A stretch of DNA of 64,000 nt from the human T2T-CHM13v2.0 reference genome, Homo sapiens. The notes beneath the pieces were generated by a model. It was not told where the DNA came from. It did no database searches and saw only the letters and a list, made by a program, of their open reading frames with translations. The position numbers were made by a program, and so were the translations under genes. The stretch lies in the NCBI RefSeq assembly GCF_009914755.1, contig NC_060925.1. The stretch is one strand, 5' to 3'. Positions 29,619 to 48,510 of this stretch are shown piece after piece (within the stretch, counting starts at the first letter, position 1; the number at the start of each line of letters is the position of its first letter).

Positions 29619-29992
29619 TGATACGGTTTGGCTCTGTGTTCCCAAACAAATCTCATGTCAAATGATAATTCCCGTGTGTCGAGGGAGGGACCTGTAATCC
29701 CCATATGTTGAGGGAGGGAGGTGACTGGATAATGGGGGCAGGTTCCCCCATGCTGTTCTCATGATAGTCAGTGAATTCGTACAAGATGTGATAATTTTAT
29801 AAGTGTTTGGAAGTTTCTCCTTTGTTCTTTCCTGCTGCCTTGCGAAGCAGGTGCCTGCTTCCCCTTCTGCCATGACTGTAAGTGTACTGAGGCCTTCCCA
29901 ACCATGCCGAACTGTGAGTCAAGCTTCTTTCCTTTATAAACGACCCAGTCTTAGGGAAGCCCTTTGTAGCAGTGTGAAAACAGACTAATGCA
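29619..29992 (+). mobile_element. THE1D/MSTA-type solo LTR
   Basis: tgatacggtttggctctgtg...cagactaatgca; TSD cccat / tccat. Confidence 0.88.
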
Positions 29993-30039
29993 TCCATAAA
30001 CAATCTTTCTCCCTCACCTTCAGGTAGCAAGGAGTTGGA

Positions 30040-30440
30040 ATGCATCGCTAAGAGTTTGAAAACCAGTAACTCTAGAAGAGTGAGAAGCAGCAAGATGTTT
30101 ATCCTGAAGAAGAAATGATTTAGTTCAACAACGTTAGCTGTCTTCAAATATTTTCAGAAGAGCAATTAGATTTATTTCAGGCACCTTTAGAGGGCCGGAC
30201 TAAGAATAATGAGTGAGAAGGAAGTCAAACGTACTTTGACTCCATAAAAGGCAGAACTTTCTAACAGTCAGAGCTGTCCAAAGATTTTCTGGGCTATGTT
30301 GAAAGTTGGTAAGCATCCTATAGCTGAAGTGTTCAAGCAGAGGCATGCATGTTCCAACTGTCAGGGATGTCGTCGAGGCAATTACTACTTTGAGAACATG
30401 TCACCTTTTTTCCCTAAGGTTACTTCCATGTCCAAGATTC
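30040..30440 (+). mobile_element. L3/CR1 LINE 3' fragment
   Basis: 'gctgtcttcaaatat...gaactttctaacagtcagagctgtcca...gtgttcaagcagaggc' CR1-like. Confidence 0.7.
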
Positions 30441-31909
30441 CATGATGAAGGTCACAAACACAAATATATTTAAATATACTTAAGGATAACATGAATAAGT
30501 AAAGTGTTCACATGAGAAAATAGGGAGTTCAAGAGGTTGTGGCTAACTGTACACAGTATATAATAATGTTCACATTTCTTTAAAAAAAATAAAAGAAACT
30601 ATATAGAAGTCAGACAAAACCAGTCTGTGGACCTAATTTGACCTGCTGGCCTTCAATTTGTACTTTCTATTTTACAAGTCTTGAGGTCTAGGTTCTGGTC
30701 TAAGTTCTGTGACTCATTGGCTTTCTATAATCCTTGATCCTAGGCCAGTTCTCCCATTGTAGATCAGTTTCCTCATCTCTTCCATGAGGGCCATAGATAA
30801 TCTTTGAGTCAGGCCTCAGCTCTGATTTTTCTCCCTGCTGCAGGCAAAAGCAGATATCCAGGAGGACAGAATACAAGCTTGGTAGGCAGGAAGCGTTACT
30901 CTTGTGTGTGTCTTTACTGTTTAAAGTGTACTGTTTACTTACAGAGCTTTGTGTCAGAATGAATAGAGATGAGATCTTTGTAAGTATGGACTATGTCTTA
31001 ATCATCTTTCTTGTTCCTTTATTCTATTTTTACTATTAAAAGTATAGTAAAATATACAGACAATAATCAACCCATGTACCTCCCACCAGAATATATTGTC
31101 ATATGTGCATTATCTTTATATAATAAATATTAAATATGTGACTAAATCCTGGTATGTCTCTGAAGTCTTATTCACTTCCCTCCCTCTCCAGAAGCAACCA
31201 TTGTTAAGTAAGTTTATGCCCTAGACTCACGTATTTCTACTTTGAGTACCATAAACAACACATAGTATTTTTTATGCTCTAATAACTTAAATAAATGGTG
31301 TAATATTCCACATATGTATAAGGACTACATAGTACTTCTTTCATTCAACAGTACAATCTTAGAGATCCATCCAATTTGATGCATACAAATTTAACTCATT
31401 AATTTTAATTGCTAAAGAGCATTATATCCTACTAATACATTGCAATTTATTTTTTTTGCTCCCTACACTCTTTCCGGTTCTCTATTTATAGTTCAAAATC
31501 ACATTGAATATCCTTATACATGTTTCCTTTGCATGTGACTATATCTGGAAGGTGAAATTTCTGAGTCATCAGGTACATGCTGTGCCAATTTTACTAGATG
31601 CAGCCAACTTGTTTCCAAAGTGTGTGTACCAATCTATACTCCCTTCAGCAGGATATATGAATCCCCCTTTTTTGTCAAATCTGGTCAACATTTGGTATTT
31701 CTTAGACTTTTAAAAATTTGCCCATCTGATGGTTGAGAAACCTCACTGAGGTTTTAAATTGCATTTCCCTGATTAGTGAGGTTGAGCATATTTTCATATT
31801 TATTGGCAGTTCTGGCTTTCTCTTCCATGAATAACCTGCTGAAATCTTTTGCCTTCTGTTCAATTGAATGATCTGTCTTTTTCTTTTCTCTCTCTCTTTT
31901 TTTTGGAGT

Positions 31910-32145
31910 TACACTCTGGAGCCAATCATCATGAGTTCCCATTATAAATGTGCCGCTTTATAGCTATGTGTACTTGGCGATGTGACTTAACCTCACCATG
32001 GCTCACTTTCTTCAGCTCTAAAATGGAAAAAAAAAAGTAGTATCTCATAGGATTATTGTGGCAGTTAAGAGAGTTAATACATATTAACCTGTTAGAAGAG
32101 ATCCTGGCATATAGTAACTGCTTAATAAAGGTTAGCTATTATTAT
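31910..32145 (+). mobile_element. MIR
   Basis: 'tctcataggattattgtggcagttaagagagttaatac...cctggcatatagtaactgcttaataaaggttagc'. Confidence 0.8.
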
Positions 32146-32452
32146 CATCCTCAAGGAGGAAAAGTGTTCTTTATGTATTCCAGACTGATTCTTTGTCTAT
32201 TAAGTATGTTACAAAAAATCTTCTTGTCTTTTAGGTTTGTAAACTTTTGTCATGCATGTATTTGAAATTTTAGTGTAAATTTATCAATTTTCTTTATAAT
32301 TTGTTCTTTTTTCTATGTAAACATATTTTTCTTCACAGGATCATAAAGTTGTGCTCCTGTTTTAACTTTTACAACTTTTTTTTAATTTAAGCCTTTATCT
32401 ACCTTTGTTTTTATATAGAGGTAATTCTCTAATTTTCTTTTCATACAGATAA

Positions 32453-32804
<352 letters not shown>

Positions 32805-33077
32805 TCATACAGATAACTATTTAAATAAATTTTGATTTGTGAAGCCACTTCTCTCATAAATCAAGTTCCCATATACGCCAGGGTCTATTCCTGAGCTCTT
32901 AAGTCTATCTAATTAACATATTTTTAACCCTGTAAAATACCACACTGTTTTAATTACTACAGCTTTAAATCAGTTCTTGAAATTCAGGAGAATAACTCCT
33001 CTTAGTTCTTGTTCTTTACTGTCCTGCCTATTCTTGAACATTTACTCATAAACAGGAATTTTAAAATAAGTCCATCA

Positions 33078-33561
<484 letters not shown>

Positions 33562-34909
33562 TTAAATACTATTTGTTAGATTATTTTTGCCCTAGGCACT
33601 GTGTAAATTTGAATGCAATTGTGAATGAGATCTTTAAAAAAATAACATTTTCTATTTTCCAATTATTGTTAAATAAAATCTCACTAATTATTTTTGTATG
33701 TTGATCTTATTTCTGGCAATCTTCCTGAACTTTTTAAATTCTAAATAGTTAGTCCATGAATTCTTTTTGCATTTTGTATGCAAACAATGATACCATCTGC
33801 AAATAACGATTGTGCTTCTTTTTTTCAAATAATTATATCACTTATTTCTTTTTATTGCATTTTTGAATTGGTTAAAACTTCCAGTAATTGCTACATAGAA
33901 GTGGTTTTAGTGAATAATTTATTGTCTTGAGTTTAATGTGAATGCTTCTAAAAATCTGACCATAAAGTATGGCATTTTCTGTGGGTTTGGGTACATGCTC
34001 TTTACAAAGTTAAGGAAGTTTTTTTTCCCCAGTACTAATGTACTGGTCTTTTCCTTAATTTATGAATGAATATTGACCTTATAAAATATTTTTCTACATT
34101 CGTTGAGATGCTCACGTTTTTGTCTTTTTTTTTCCATGTGTTGAATGAAGATTTATAGATCTTTTAAATGTTGACATATCTTTGTATACTTGGGATAATC
34201 TGTTTTATCCTGATGTACTATAAATCCAATTCTGGGTTTGCTAACATGTTATAATTTGTTCTTCCATGCTATAGTGAGATTGGACAATATATCTCATTTC
34301 TTATACTTCTTGTGCCTAATTTTGATATCAAATAATAGGTAGTTTACTCTCTTTATTCATTTGCTGAAAGAGATTTTATCAGAAAGGAATTATGAGCTTC
34401 TGATTTGTGGTAAAAACTTCTCTATAAAATTATGTGGGCTTGGTACCTTTTTAGGGAGAATTTTTGATTACTAATTAATTTTTGTTATAGATCATTATTT
34501 TTCTAATATAGGTTTGTGAAGGCCCAACTGTATTAATTATATTTTACTGTGTCTTATACTGTGGTAAGATGAAATGTTCTGTATGATATCAATTATTTGG
34601 ACATTTTTTAGACCTTTTATAAACTAAAACGTGACCAACTTTTTAAAAAATGATACATGCATATTTAAAAACCATATGTGCTCCTTACTCCTTACATAAG
34701 AATATAGTTATGTTGTATTACGGTGTGTTACATTATATTACCATAGAGAAAACAGCTATTTTATTCAAATCTTTAGCATCTTTACTAACATTGACTTCTT
34801 GATCTATCAGTTTCTAAAATAGGTGTTAAAATTTTTACACAAGTATTATGTATTTACAAATGTCTTCATGTAATTCTATCAGCACTTATTTCATAAATTT
34901 ATAAATGTA

Positions 34910-35259
34910 TGATATGGTTTGGCTGTGTCCCCACCCAAATCTCACCTTGAATTGTAAAAATCTCCACATGCCAAAGGTGGGGCCAGGGAGAGACAATTGA
35001 ACCATTGGGGGAGTTTCCCCCATACTGTTCTCATGGTAGTGAATAAGTCTGACGGATCTGATGGTTTTATAAATGGGAGTTCCCTTGCACAAGTTCTCTT
35101 GACTGCTGCCATGTAAGACATGACTTTGCTCCTCCATCACCTTCTGCCATGATTGTGAGGCCTCCCCAGCCATGTAGAACTGTGTGAGTCAATTAAACCT
35201 CTTTCCTTTATAAATTACCCAGTCTAGGGTATGTCTTTATTAGCAGCATGAGAAGAGTA

Positions 35260-35263
<4 letters not shown>
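34910..35263 (+). mobile_element. THE1B-like solo LTR
   Basis: tgatatggtttggctgtgtccccacccaaatctcacc...tatgtctttattagcagcatgagaa. Confidence 0.9.

Positions 35264-35301
<38 letters not shown>
35264..35301. repeat. (TA)19 microsatellite
   Basis: Perfect TA run abutting the THE1 3' end. Confidence 0.95.
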
Positions 35302-35304
<3 letters not shown>

Positions 35305-35344
35305 TCATGATAGTTATAGTTTCAGTTATAGTATCAGTATATAA

Positions 35345-35798
35345 TGTTTGATACAGCTTAAGTTCTCTGAGAGGCAACCAGGAAGATGGTGATTAACATA
35401 TAAGATGTTTATTAGGTGGGACTCCTGGGATCAAAACCTGTAGAAGAAAAGGAAAAAAAAAAACACGTTTGGGCAGAGGGAGAAGTTGAGCTGTGATGCA
35501 GTCTCAACAGAGACCTAAGATGACCCCATGAAGAGCTCTGGAGCTGGGATGGTCCTTTAGAGTTTGCCCAGTTAAGGCAAGGGTTCCAGGACTTTATACC
35601 CTCTGGACGATCAGTCACTAGATGTGGACTTCTCTGAAAGAAGTGTGATTTGGGGTGAGACAGTGTTTTTAGTAAAGGCAATCTCTCAGGAGAAGTTTAC
35701 AGCTAAGGACTGCCTTTCATCAGCACTTCTAGAAGCTGGGGGAGTATGTCCTTAATTAGTAAAGAGGAATCTGGAGGCATATTATAGTACTCAACACA
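35345..35798 (-). mobile_element. ERVL LTR, LTR16A-like
   Basis: 'gggcagagggagaagttgagctgtgatgcagtc...gagctctggagctgggatggtcc' resembles antisense LTR16A. Confidence 0.7.
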
Positions 35799-37683
35799 GA
35801 CTACACCTTAAGTGCCTGGATTCACTTACTCATATAGGTTCTGGCAGTGACTCTTCTAACAATCCAGTGGAAAAACTTAGAAAAGAAAAAAAAATGTGAT
35901 GATAAACTACAGTCCCCATCACTTTTGCTTATCTCAAGTCCAGAAATGATCTTTGTTATCTCCCTTCTCTACCACTTATTATAAATTTCCCTTACCCCCA
36001 GCTAGCACCTCTGGTGGTCTTGGAGACTTGCCTGGTGATGTGAACTAGATCTTCAACCATGTGCAGTCTAATTCCCTTCCTCATTACCATTACCTTTTCA
36101 GACCAGAGTTACTGTATTTGTGCAATTATTGTCAAAACGTGATATAGAATCACTAAAAGATACTTAAGTGTATTATCTGGCTGCTAAATATATTCCTAAT
36201 GTTCTCATTGTGTAACAGCATCCTGACTTACTCCTGCCAAGACAGTGATTCATTTCCTTACCTGCTGACCCTTTGGCATGAGTTGCCCAAAGTGCTAGAC
36301 AGGAGCCATAGCTGGGCCCTATTAAAATCTGGCAGATTTTCATATCATCTGGTGTTTAGGTCACATTAGTATTCCCAGATATGGTTCCCATAATGTGGAA
36401 TATGCTGCCTTTGTAACCCAAAGAAACCTTCCAGGCATTTTGCTTCCTTCTTCATGCTGAGAATACAAATTTTGATAATTTGTTCTTTATTTGGGGAGGA
36501 TGGGTGATTCTTATCATGCCATAAACACTGTACATCCGTAATTTTACTTATGTGCCAGGCCCTGAATATTCATAGGGTTTAACTCCAACTCTCTAGAGAA
36601 TATGCTTCTTAGCAAATCCTCCAACTAGCATCTATATTTTGCTCATCTGGTTCCATTAGCATGTTGTCAATATAGTGAACAAATTTGACATTCTGTATGG
36701 ATGTCTAAATGGTCTGTACCTCTTCATACTGTATTTAAACAAAGGGCAGAGGAGTTAACACAGCCTTGAAACAAACATGTAATTGATTCAGTTGTCCACT
36801 TTAAATGAAATTCTTTTCATTTCCTCTTCCTAATGATGAAAAAAATATATTTTCCAGAGCAACGGAAATATGGCTGCATACCATATATCTGATGACATGT
36901 TAATCTGCTCTAGCAAACATACCACATCTGCCACTGGGTCCGATACCTGGCTATGTTTGCAGTAGTCCACTGTAATAATATGTCTTGTTTTTGCAGAAAT
37001 CAGATTGGTGAATTAAACAGAGACTGAAGGGGACCATCATTCCTGTATCCTTTAACAAACTGTAAAGGTGGCACTAATTTCAACCATTCATATTGGACAA
37101 TTTTTTTTAAGTAACTATCTTGAAACAAGTATGGGGGATAAGCTGTTTTCACAGGCTTCTTCTTAACTTTTCCCCTAATCCTGTAGGCTGAAGATTCAAC
37201 GTGGAGGTTGTGCCAACTACCAAGTATGTCTATTACAATTATTAATTGGGGTCTGCAGAAATGACCACTGGATGAGTTCACAGATACGGTAAACAGACTG
37301 TGGGCTGGACTTGGCTATCCCAGGTCCCCACTCTGACAGAAAAATCATGATGACACTTTGACCTCAATATCAACTTGGATTCTCTTTCCAACAGTCTTTA
37401 AAGTGTTTGGATATTCCACTTTCCCTAGGATACAGTTACCCAATAGAAGGCAGTAGGTCCCTTTGAGAAAAGTCTGAAGTAGCCACTACCACATACATTT
37501 ACCATGATTTTGCAGGGTTCCTCTAAAAGCGTCTCTTCTCATATCAATGAGTTCTGGGTATAAAAACTGGATATTGGACAGGGAATTGTAATTTTTATTG
37601 GAATGATGGCTCTCAGCCTTGTCATTATTATCCTTGAATTTGATGTTTGATTTTACAGATAGAATAGCACTACTGTTAGCTGT
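35799..37683 (-). mobile_element. ERVL internal (gag/pol) remnant
   Basis: Minus-strand RT motifs QGxVNSSAL (about 36740-36770) and VHYIDN (36661-36680, decayed YIDD). Confidence 0.7.
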
Positions 37684-37894
37684 TGCTGTGGTTTGAATGT
37701 GTACCCCAAAGTTCATGTGTTGGAAACTTAATTCCCAATTCCAGTGTTGATGGCTCTCAGCCTTGTCATTATTATCCTTGAATTTGATGTTTGATTTTAC
37801 AGATAGAATAGCACTACTGTTAGCTGTTGCTGTGATTTGAATGTGTTCCCCAAAGTTCATGTGTTGGAAACTTAATTCCCAATTCCAGTGTTGA
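37604..37894 (+). repeat. 144-bp tandem duplication (2 mismatches)
   Basis: 37604-37747 is repeated at 37748-37891, with 'tga' microhomology at the junction. Confidence 0.95.
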
Positions 37895-38062
37895 GAGGTA
37901 GGACATTTAAGAGGTGACTAGGTCCTGAGGACTCTTCCCTCAAGATGGATTAAGGCTGTTATTGCAGGATTCGGTTTGTTATTGTGGGAGTAGATTCCTG
38001 ATTAAAGGATGAGTTCATTCCCGTACCTCTTCCCACATCCTCTCTTTCATGCATGTGCACTC
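37828..38062 (+). mobile_element. MSTD/MLT1A-type LTR, 5' half only (a duplicated start lies at 37684)
   Basis: tgctgtgatttgaatgtgttccccaaagttcatgtgttggaaacttaat...; truncated at an Alu. Confidence 0.75.
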
Positions 38063-38363
<301 letters not shown>

Positions 38364-38749
38364 CACATTTCCTTTATTTCCTTTTTCTCCCCTTTCTACT
38401 GGTTTAGGAATTAAACATTGCATTCCTTCCTCCCTTTTTTGGTATTTGCCTTTATAATGCTAATGCACAAAGTTAACTAAATCTATGACTAATCAATATC
38501 TCTCTTATACGACTGAATTAGAGGAATATAGAGTAATTAAAGTCAATTTCTCGCTATCATCCATGATATTGTGTCATAGTTTGATTCTGCTTAGGACTGA
38601 TACATGTCCCCACCCTTACGTACACATGTGATTCGTATATGCCCACAAACATTCATCATTCTACCACTGTGGCTTTGAGTTTCTTGTTCATTTCTGGGAC
38701 TTTGTGATATTTCCTTCTTCCTGCTTTCAATTTCAGCTATACAGTTTAA

Positions 38750-39086
<337 letters not shown>

Positions 39087-40429
39087 TCTAAGTCAGCATT
39101 TCTATATATTTGGAGCAGAATGAAAGGTTGATTACTTCTGCTTGCGCCACCACATTGATCAGAAGTTTCCTTTTATTAATCTTTGCTTTTTTTCAATTCT
39201 TGAAAGCTCTCTGGCACATAGAGGATCATCCATACCATTCTTTCATTCAATAATTATTTAGTGAGCATCTCCTGATGGCTGGTGCTAAGCCCTGGAGTTA
39301 GGAAAATTCACTTCAGTGTGTCTGGAAAATGTTTATTCTGTGGTTGAAAAGATGATAAGAGGGTGTGTTTTTCCTTGGGTGCTGTTATAATTATCTCTTT
39401 TAGTTAAACATTCCTAGGGACTAATGCACTCCTAAAATGAAGTGGACTGTTGTAAGAATTTCCACTCTATTAGGAATGACAGTAGAGTTTTGATCCCAGT
39501 AACCCACCTCAGGGAAAGCCTGTGTAATTGAAATTTACCAATAATTTAAAATTCATTTTAGCCAAGAGACCTCACCTCATTTTTCACCCACTCTCCCCTC
39601 TCTCCTACCCTCTGATGCACCCATATACTCTTCAGGGATCTCTGCTTCATCTGGCATGAAGTCAGCTCGGGTGCTATTTTACTTTCATTTTCTATTTCTC
39701 ATTGTTCACAGTGTTTGTCTCTCCCTCCCAGAAGCCTTCCACCACAGAGTAAGAACATGCAGGAAATCAGTGTGTCTTGAGCAATTTCTAAGCCTCGCTG
39801 GGAGGTGCAGCAAAGCAATAGAAAAACAAGGAGAATCAGTCTCCCAAGTTTTCCTCTCACCACACCTTCCCTCCAGAAGTACTTGACCTCCATCAGCCTC
39901 CCAGAGCTGGCCCTCCGGCTCTCTGGAGCTCCCTGACAGGTCCCAGGTGGTGAATATCATCTGCTTCTTGTTAGAATTCTGCCCTGTGTGAGCAGGTTTT
40001 AGAAGCAGCCTTTGAGAGCTTGTTTGCTATCAGCCCTCTGACACTTCTGTCTCCTTCACAGACACCCAGTAATTGGGTCCTCTTGGGTCATGAGCTACAA
40101 ACACTTCTCCACTTACTCTACAAAGTTTTTTTTTCTTTTATCAAACATAGATTTGCAGCTAAACTGTTCCTTTGTCATGCCCAAGGTGTAAAAACCCATC
40201 TTATTTTCTTTCTGGTCTTTGGCTCAAAAAGAGAAGTTTTTCTTTTTGAGTGGTCCCAGCCCAGATGGCAAAATGAACTTTAAATTTACCAAGCTAATTA
40301 TTCCCTTGTGCTACGTTGTTTGAAAAAAAGCCCATACATTTAAAATTATGAAATGAAATGTCATTGTAACTCTCCTGGCAGATTTTAATTTGATATTGTG
40401 ATTAATAATGATATCATGGTGTCAAAGGT

Positions 40430-41160
<731 letters not shown>

Positions 41161-41199
41161 CATGATGACAATCATGATATAATAGCAATGGGATAGTAA

Positions 41200-41420
41200 T
41201 GGCTACAGTTATTGTGTGTGTGGCAGGCACTTGCTAGATGCTTCCCATGCTTTATCTACGTTCACACTAACAACATTATGAGGTCATTTCTGTTAATTTC
41301 ACCTTTTTACAGATAGGAAAAATGAGGCTTAGGGAAGTAAATTACCTTGTCAAAAGCCACAGATAGTATGTAGTGAAGCTGGAATTTAAGCCCCATAGCC
41401 TGGATCTGTAACCACCATGT
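41200..41420 (-). mobile_element. MIR
   Basis: 'ttttacagataggaaaaatgaggcttagggaagtaaattaccttg'. Confidence 0.8.
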
Positions 41421-42147
41421 TGTGCTACTTTCTGAATATCCAACAAATATTTTGTTAGGTTAAGCACAATTTCAGTGCCAGTAACCACAATTGTAAGTAA
41501 TACACCATCATTTCTGGCAAGTTCACATAAAAACCAACCACTGAGTCGTAGAAGGAGAAAAAATTAACCAGGCAAAAGTTGTCAAAGTATTTCTGGTAGA
41601 AGAGGCTGAATGCATGAAGACAAAGATCAAAAACCAGTAGAGATAATTCTGGTAACCACAAGGAGTTTATTGTCATAAGGCTGGAGATTTGGATGAAGGG
41701 GTAGACAGGAGCAACACAAGAAAGAGCCTGGCATACCATGATGGTCCTCTGGGAGTCTTTGAATATAATCAAGATATAAGAGTCACCCTGATTTGCATCC
41801 TATAGAAGAAAGAGCTATAGGCAATTCAGAAGTGAATGCAATTAAGTCCTGATATGCTTCTATTATTCCTGAAATAGCTCTGATTTCCATGGAAGAGAAG
41901 TTTAAATTCTAACCCTGAGATTGTGTATCGTGCTTCTAGAGGCTGGGAGACTACTGATGGTCGCTTGTATTTCATGGGCATTAAATGATCTGAAGAACAG
42001 AGTTCTGGACTGGAACAAAAATTGGGGACTTTTCACTCAACAAACTTTTTTAAAAACATGGTTATAATGTGTCATGCTCTATGACAGTTGCTAAGGATAC
42101 CAAGTCAAATAAGAATGGAAGCTACCACTCATGAATGTTATAGTGAC

Positions 42148-42233
42148 TTGAGAGGCTGAAGCTGGAGGATCACTTGAGCCCAGGGGTTGAATGCAGCCTG
42201 GGCAATATGGCAAGATCCTGTCTCTTAAAAAAA
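42148..42233 (+). mobile_element. FLAM/Alu monomer fragment (target site of the L1 insertion)
   Basis: 'gaggctgaagctggaggatcacttgagcccagg...gatcctgtctcttaaaaaaa'. Confidence 0.75.
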
Positions 42234-43251
42234 CATTAGGAGGGACGTTCCTAGATGGCCAGATAGGAAGAGCTCCATTCTACAGCTCCCAGCGTGAGCG
42301 ATGCAGAAGACAGGTGACTTCTGCATTTCCAACTGAGGTACCGGGTTCATCTCACTGGGGCTTGTTGGACAGTGGGTGCAGCCCACGGAGTGTGAGCCGA
42401 AGCAGGGTGGGGCATCGCCTCACCTGGGAAGCGCAAGGGATCGGGGAATTCCCTTTCCTAGCCAAGGCAAGCTGTGACAGATGGTACCTGGAAAATCGGG
42501 ACACTCCCACCCTAATACTGCGCTTTTCCAATGGTCTTAGCAAACAGCACACCAGGAGATTATATCCTGCGCCTGGCTCAGAGGGTCCCACACCCACAGA
42601 GCCTCACTCATGGCTAGCACAGCAGTCTGAGATCGAACTGCAAGGTGGCATCGAGGCTGGGGGAAGGGCGTCCACCATTGCTGAGACTTGAGTAGGTAAA
42701 CAAAGCAGCTGGGAACCTTGAACTGGGTGGAGCCCACTGCAGCTCAAGGAGGCCTGCCTGCCTCTGTAGACTCCACCTCTGGGGGCAGGGCATAGCTGAA
42801 TAAAAGGCAGCAGAAACTTCTGCAGACTTAAAGTCCCTGTCTGACATCTTTGAAGAGAGTAGTGGTTCTCCCAGCACAGAGTTTGAGATCTGAGAACGGA
42901 CAGACTGCCTCCTCAAGTGGGTACCTGACCCCCGAGTAGCCTAACTGGGAGACATCTCCCATTAGGGGTCGACTGACACCTCATACAGCTGGGTGCCCCT
43001 CTGAGATGAAGCTTCCAGAGTAAGGATCAGGCAGCAACATTTGCCGTTCTGCAATATTTGCTGTTCTGCAGCCTCCACTGGTGATACCCAGGCAAACAGG
43101 GTCTGGAGTGGACCTCCAGCAAACTCCAACAGACCTGCAGCTGAGGGTCCTGACTGTTAGAAGGAAAACTAACAAACAGAAAGGACTCCACACCAAAACC
43201 CCATCTGTACATCACCATCATCAAAGACCAAAGGTAGATGAAACCACAAAG

Positions 43252-44275
43252 ATGGGGAGAAACCAGAGCAGAAAAGCTGAAAATTATAAAAATCAGAGTG
43301 CCTCTTCTCCTCCAAAGGAAAGCAGCTCCTCACCAGCAATGGAACAAAGCTGGATGGAGAATGACTTTGACGAGTTGAGAGAAGAAGGCTTCAGATGATC
43401 GGTATAACAAACTTCTCCAAGCTAAAGGAGGATGTTCGAACCCATCGCAAAGAAGCTAAAAACCTTGAAGAAAATTAGATTAATGGCTAATTAGAATAAA
43501 CAGTGTAGAGAAGACCTTAAATGACCTGATGGAGCTGAAAACTATGGCACGAGAACTATGCGATGCATGCACAAGCTTCAGTAGCCAATTAGATGAAGTG
43601 GAAGAAAGGGTATCAGTGATTGAAGATCAAATGAATGAAATGAAGCGAGAAGAGAAGTTTAGAGAAAAAAGAGTAAAAAGAAATGAACAAAGCTTCCAAG
43701 AAATATGGGACTATGTGAAAAGACCAAATCTACATCTGATTGGTGTACCTGAAAGTGACGGGCAGAATGGAACCAAGTTGGAAAACACTCTTCAGGATAT
43801 CATCCAGGAGAACTTCCCCATCCTAGCAAGGCAGGCCAACATTCAAATTCAGGAAATACAGAGAACGCCACAAAGATACTCCTCGAGAAGAGCAACTCCA
43901 AGACACGTAATTGTCAGATTCACCAAAGTTGAAATGAAGGAAAAAATATTAAGGGCAGCCAGACAGAAAAGTCAGGTTACCCACAAAGGGAAGCCCATCA
44001 GACTGATAGCAGATCTCTTGGCAGAAACTCTACAAGCCAGAAGAGAGTGGGGGCCAATATTTAACATTCTTAAAGAAAAGAATTTTCACCCCAGAATTTC
44101 ATATCCAGCCAAACTAAGCTTCATAAGTGGAGAAGAAATAAAATCCTTTACAGACAAAGAAACACTGAGAGATTTTGTCACCACCAGGCCTGCCTTACAA
44201 GAGCTCCTGAAGGAAGCACTAAACATGGAAAAGAACAACTGGTAACAGCCACTGCAAAAACATGCCAAATTGTAA
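43252..44275 (+). pseudogene. L1 ORF1p, disrupted
   Basis: ATG at 43252, premature TGA at 43396-43398, frameshift; 238-aa open segment 43529-44245. Confidence 0.9.
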
Positions 44276-44338
44276 AGACCATCAATGCTAGGAAGAAACT
44301 ACATCAACTAACGAGCAACATAACCAGCTAACATCATA

Positions 44339-48150
<3,812 letters not shown>

Positions 48151-48369
48151 TTGAACAATGAGAACACTTGGACACAGGGTGGGGAACATCACACACTGGG
48201 ACCTGTTGTGGGGTGGGAGGAGGGGGGAGGGATAGCATTAGGAGATATACCTAATGTAAATGACAAGCTAATGGGTGCAGCACACCTACATGGCACATGT
48301 ATACATATGTAACAAACTTGCACATTGTGCACATGTACCCTAGAACTTAAAGTATAATAATAATAAAAA

Positions 48370-48510
48370 AAGAAATAACCATAAAAATAGGCAACCAGCC
48401 CTTGGGGCTGCTCCGTCTATGGAGTAGCCATTCTTTTATTCCTTTACTTTCTGAATAAACTTGCTTTCCCTTAAATAAATAAATAAGGTACCAGAATAAA
48501 TAAATAAAAT
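48370..48510 (+). other. L1 3' transduction: MER41 LTR segment plus second A-rich tail
   Basis: MER41-like 'aagaaataaccataaaaataggcaaccagcc...ggagtagccattctttt...aataaacttgctttc' lies between the L1 tail and the 3' TSD. Confidence 0.8.

Noticed and set aside
29670-29722. Internal repeat 'gagggaggga' in the THE1-type LTR
   Set aside because: I recall this as a feature of a THE1D-type variant, so it is probably not locus-specific.
41455-41772. Hydrophobic 105-aa minus-strand ORF
   Set aside because: Non-ATG start, hydrophobicity explained by T-rich composition, no recognisable family.
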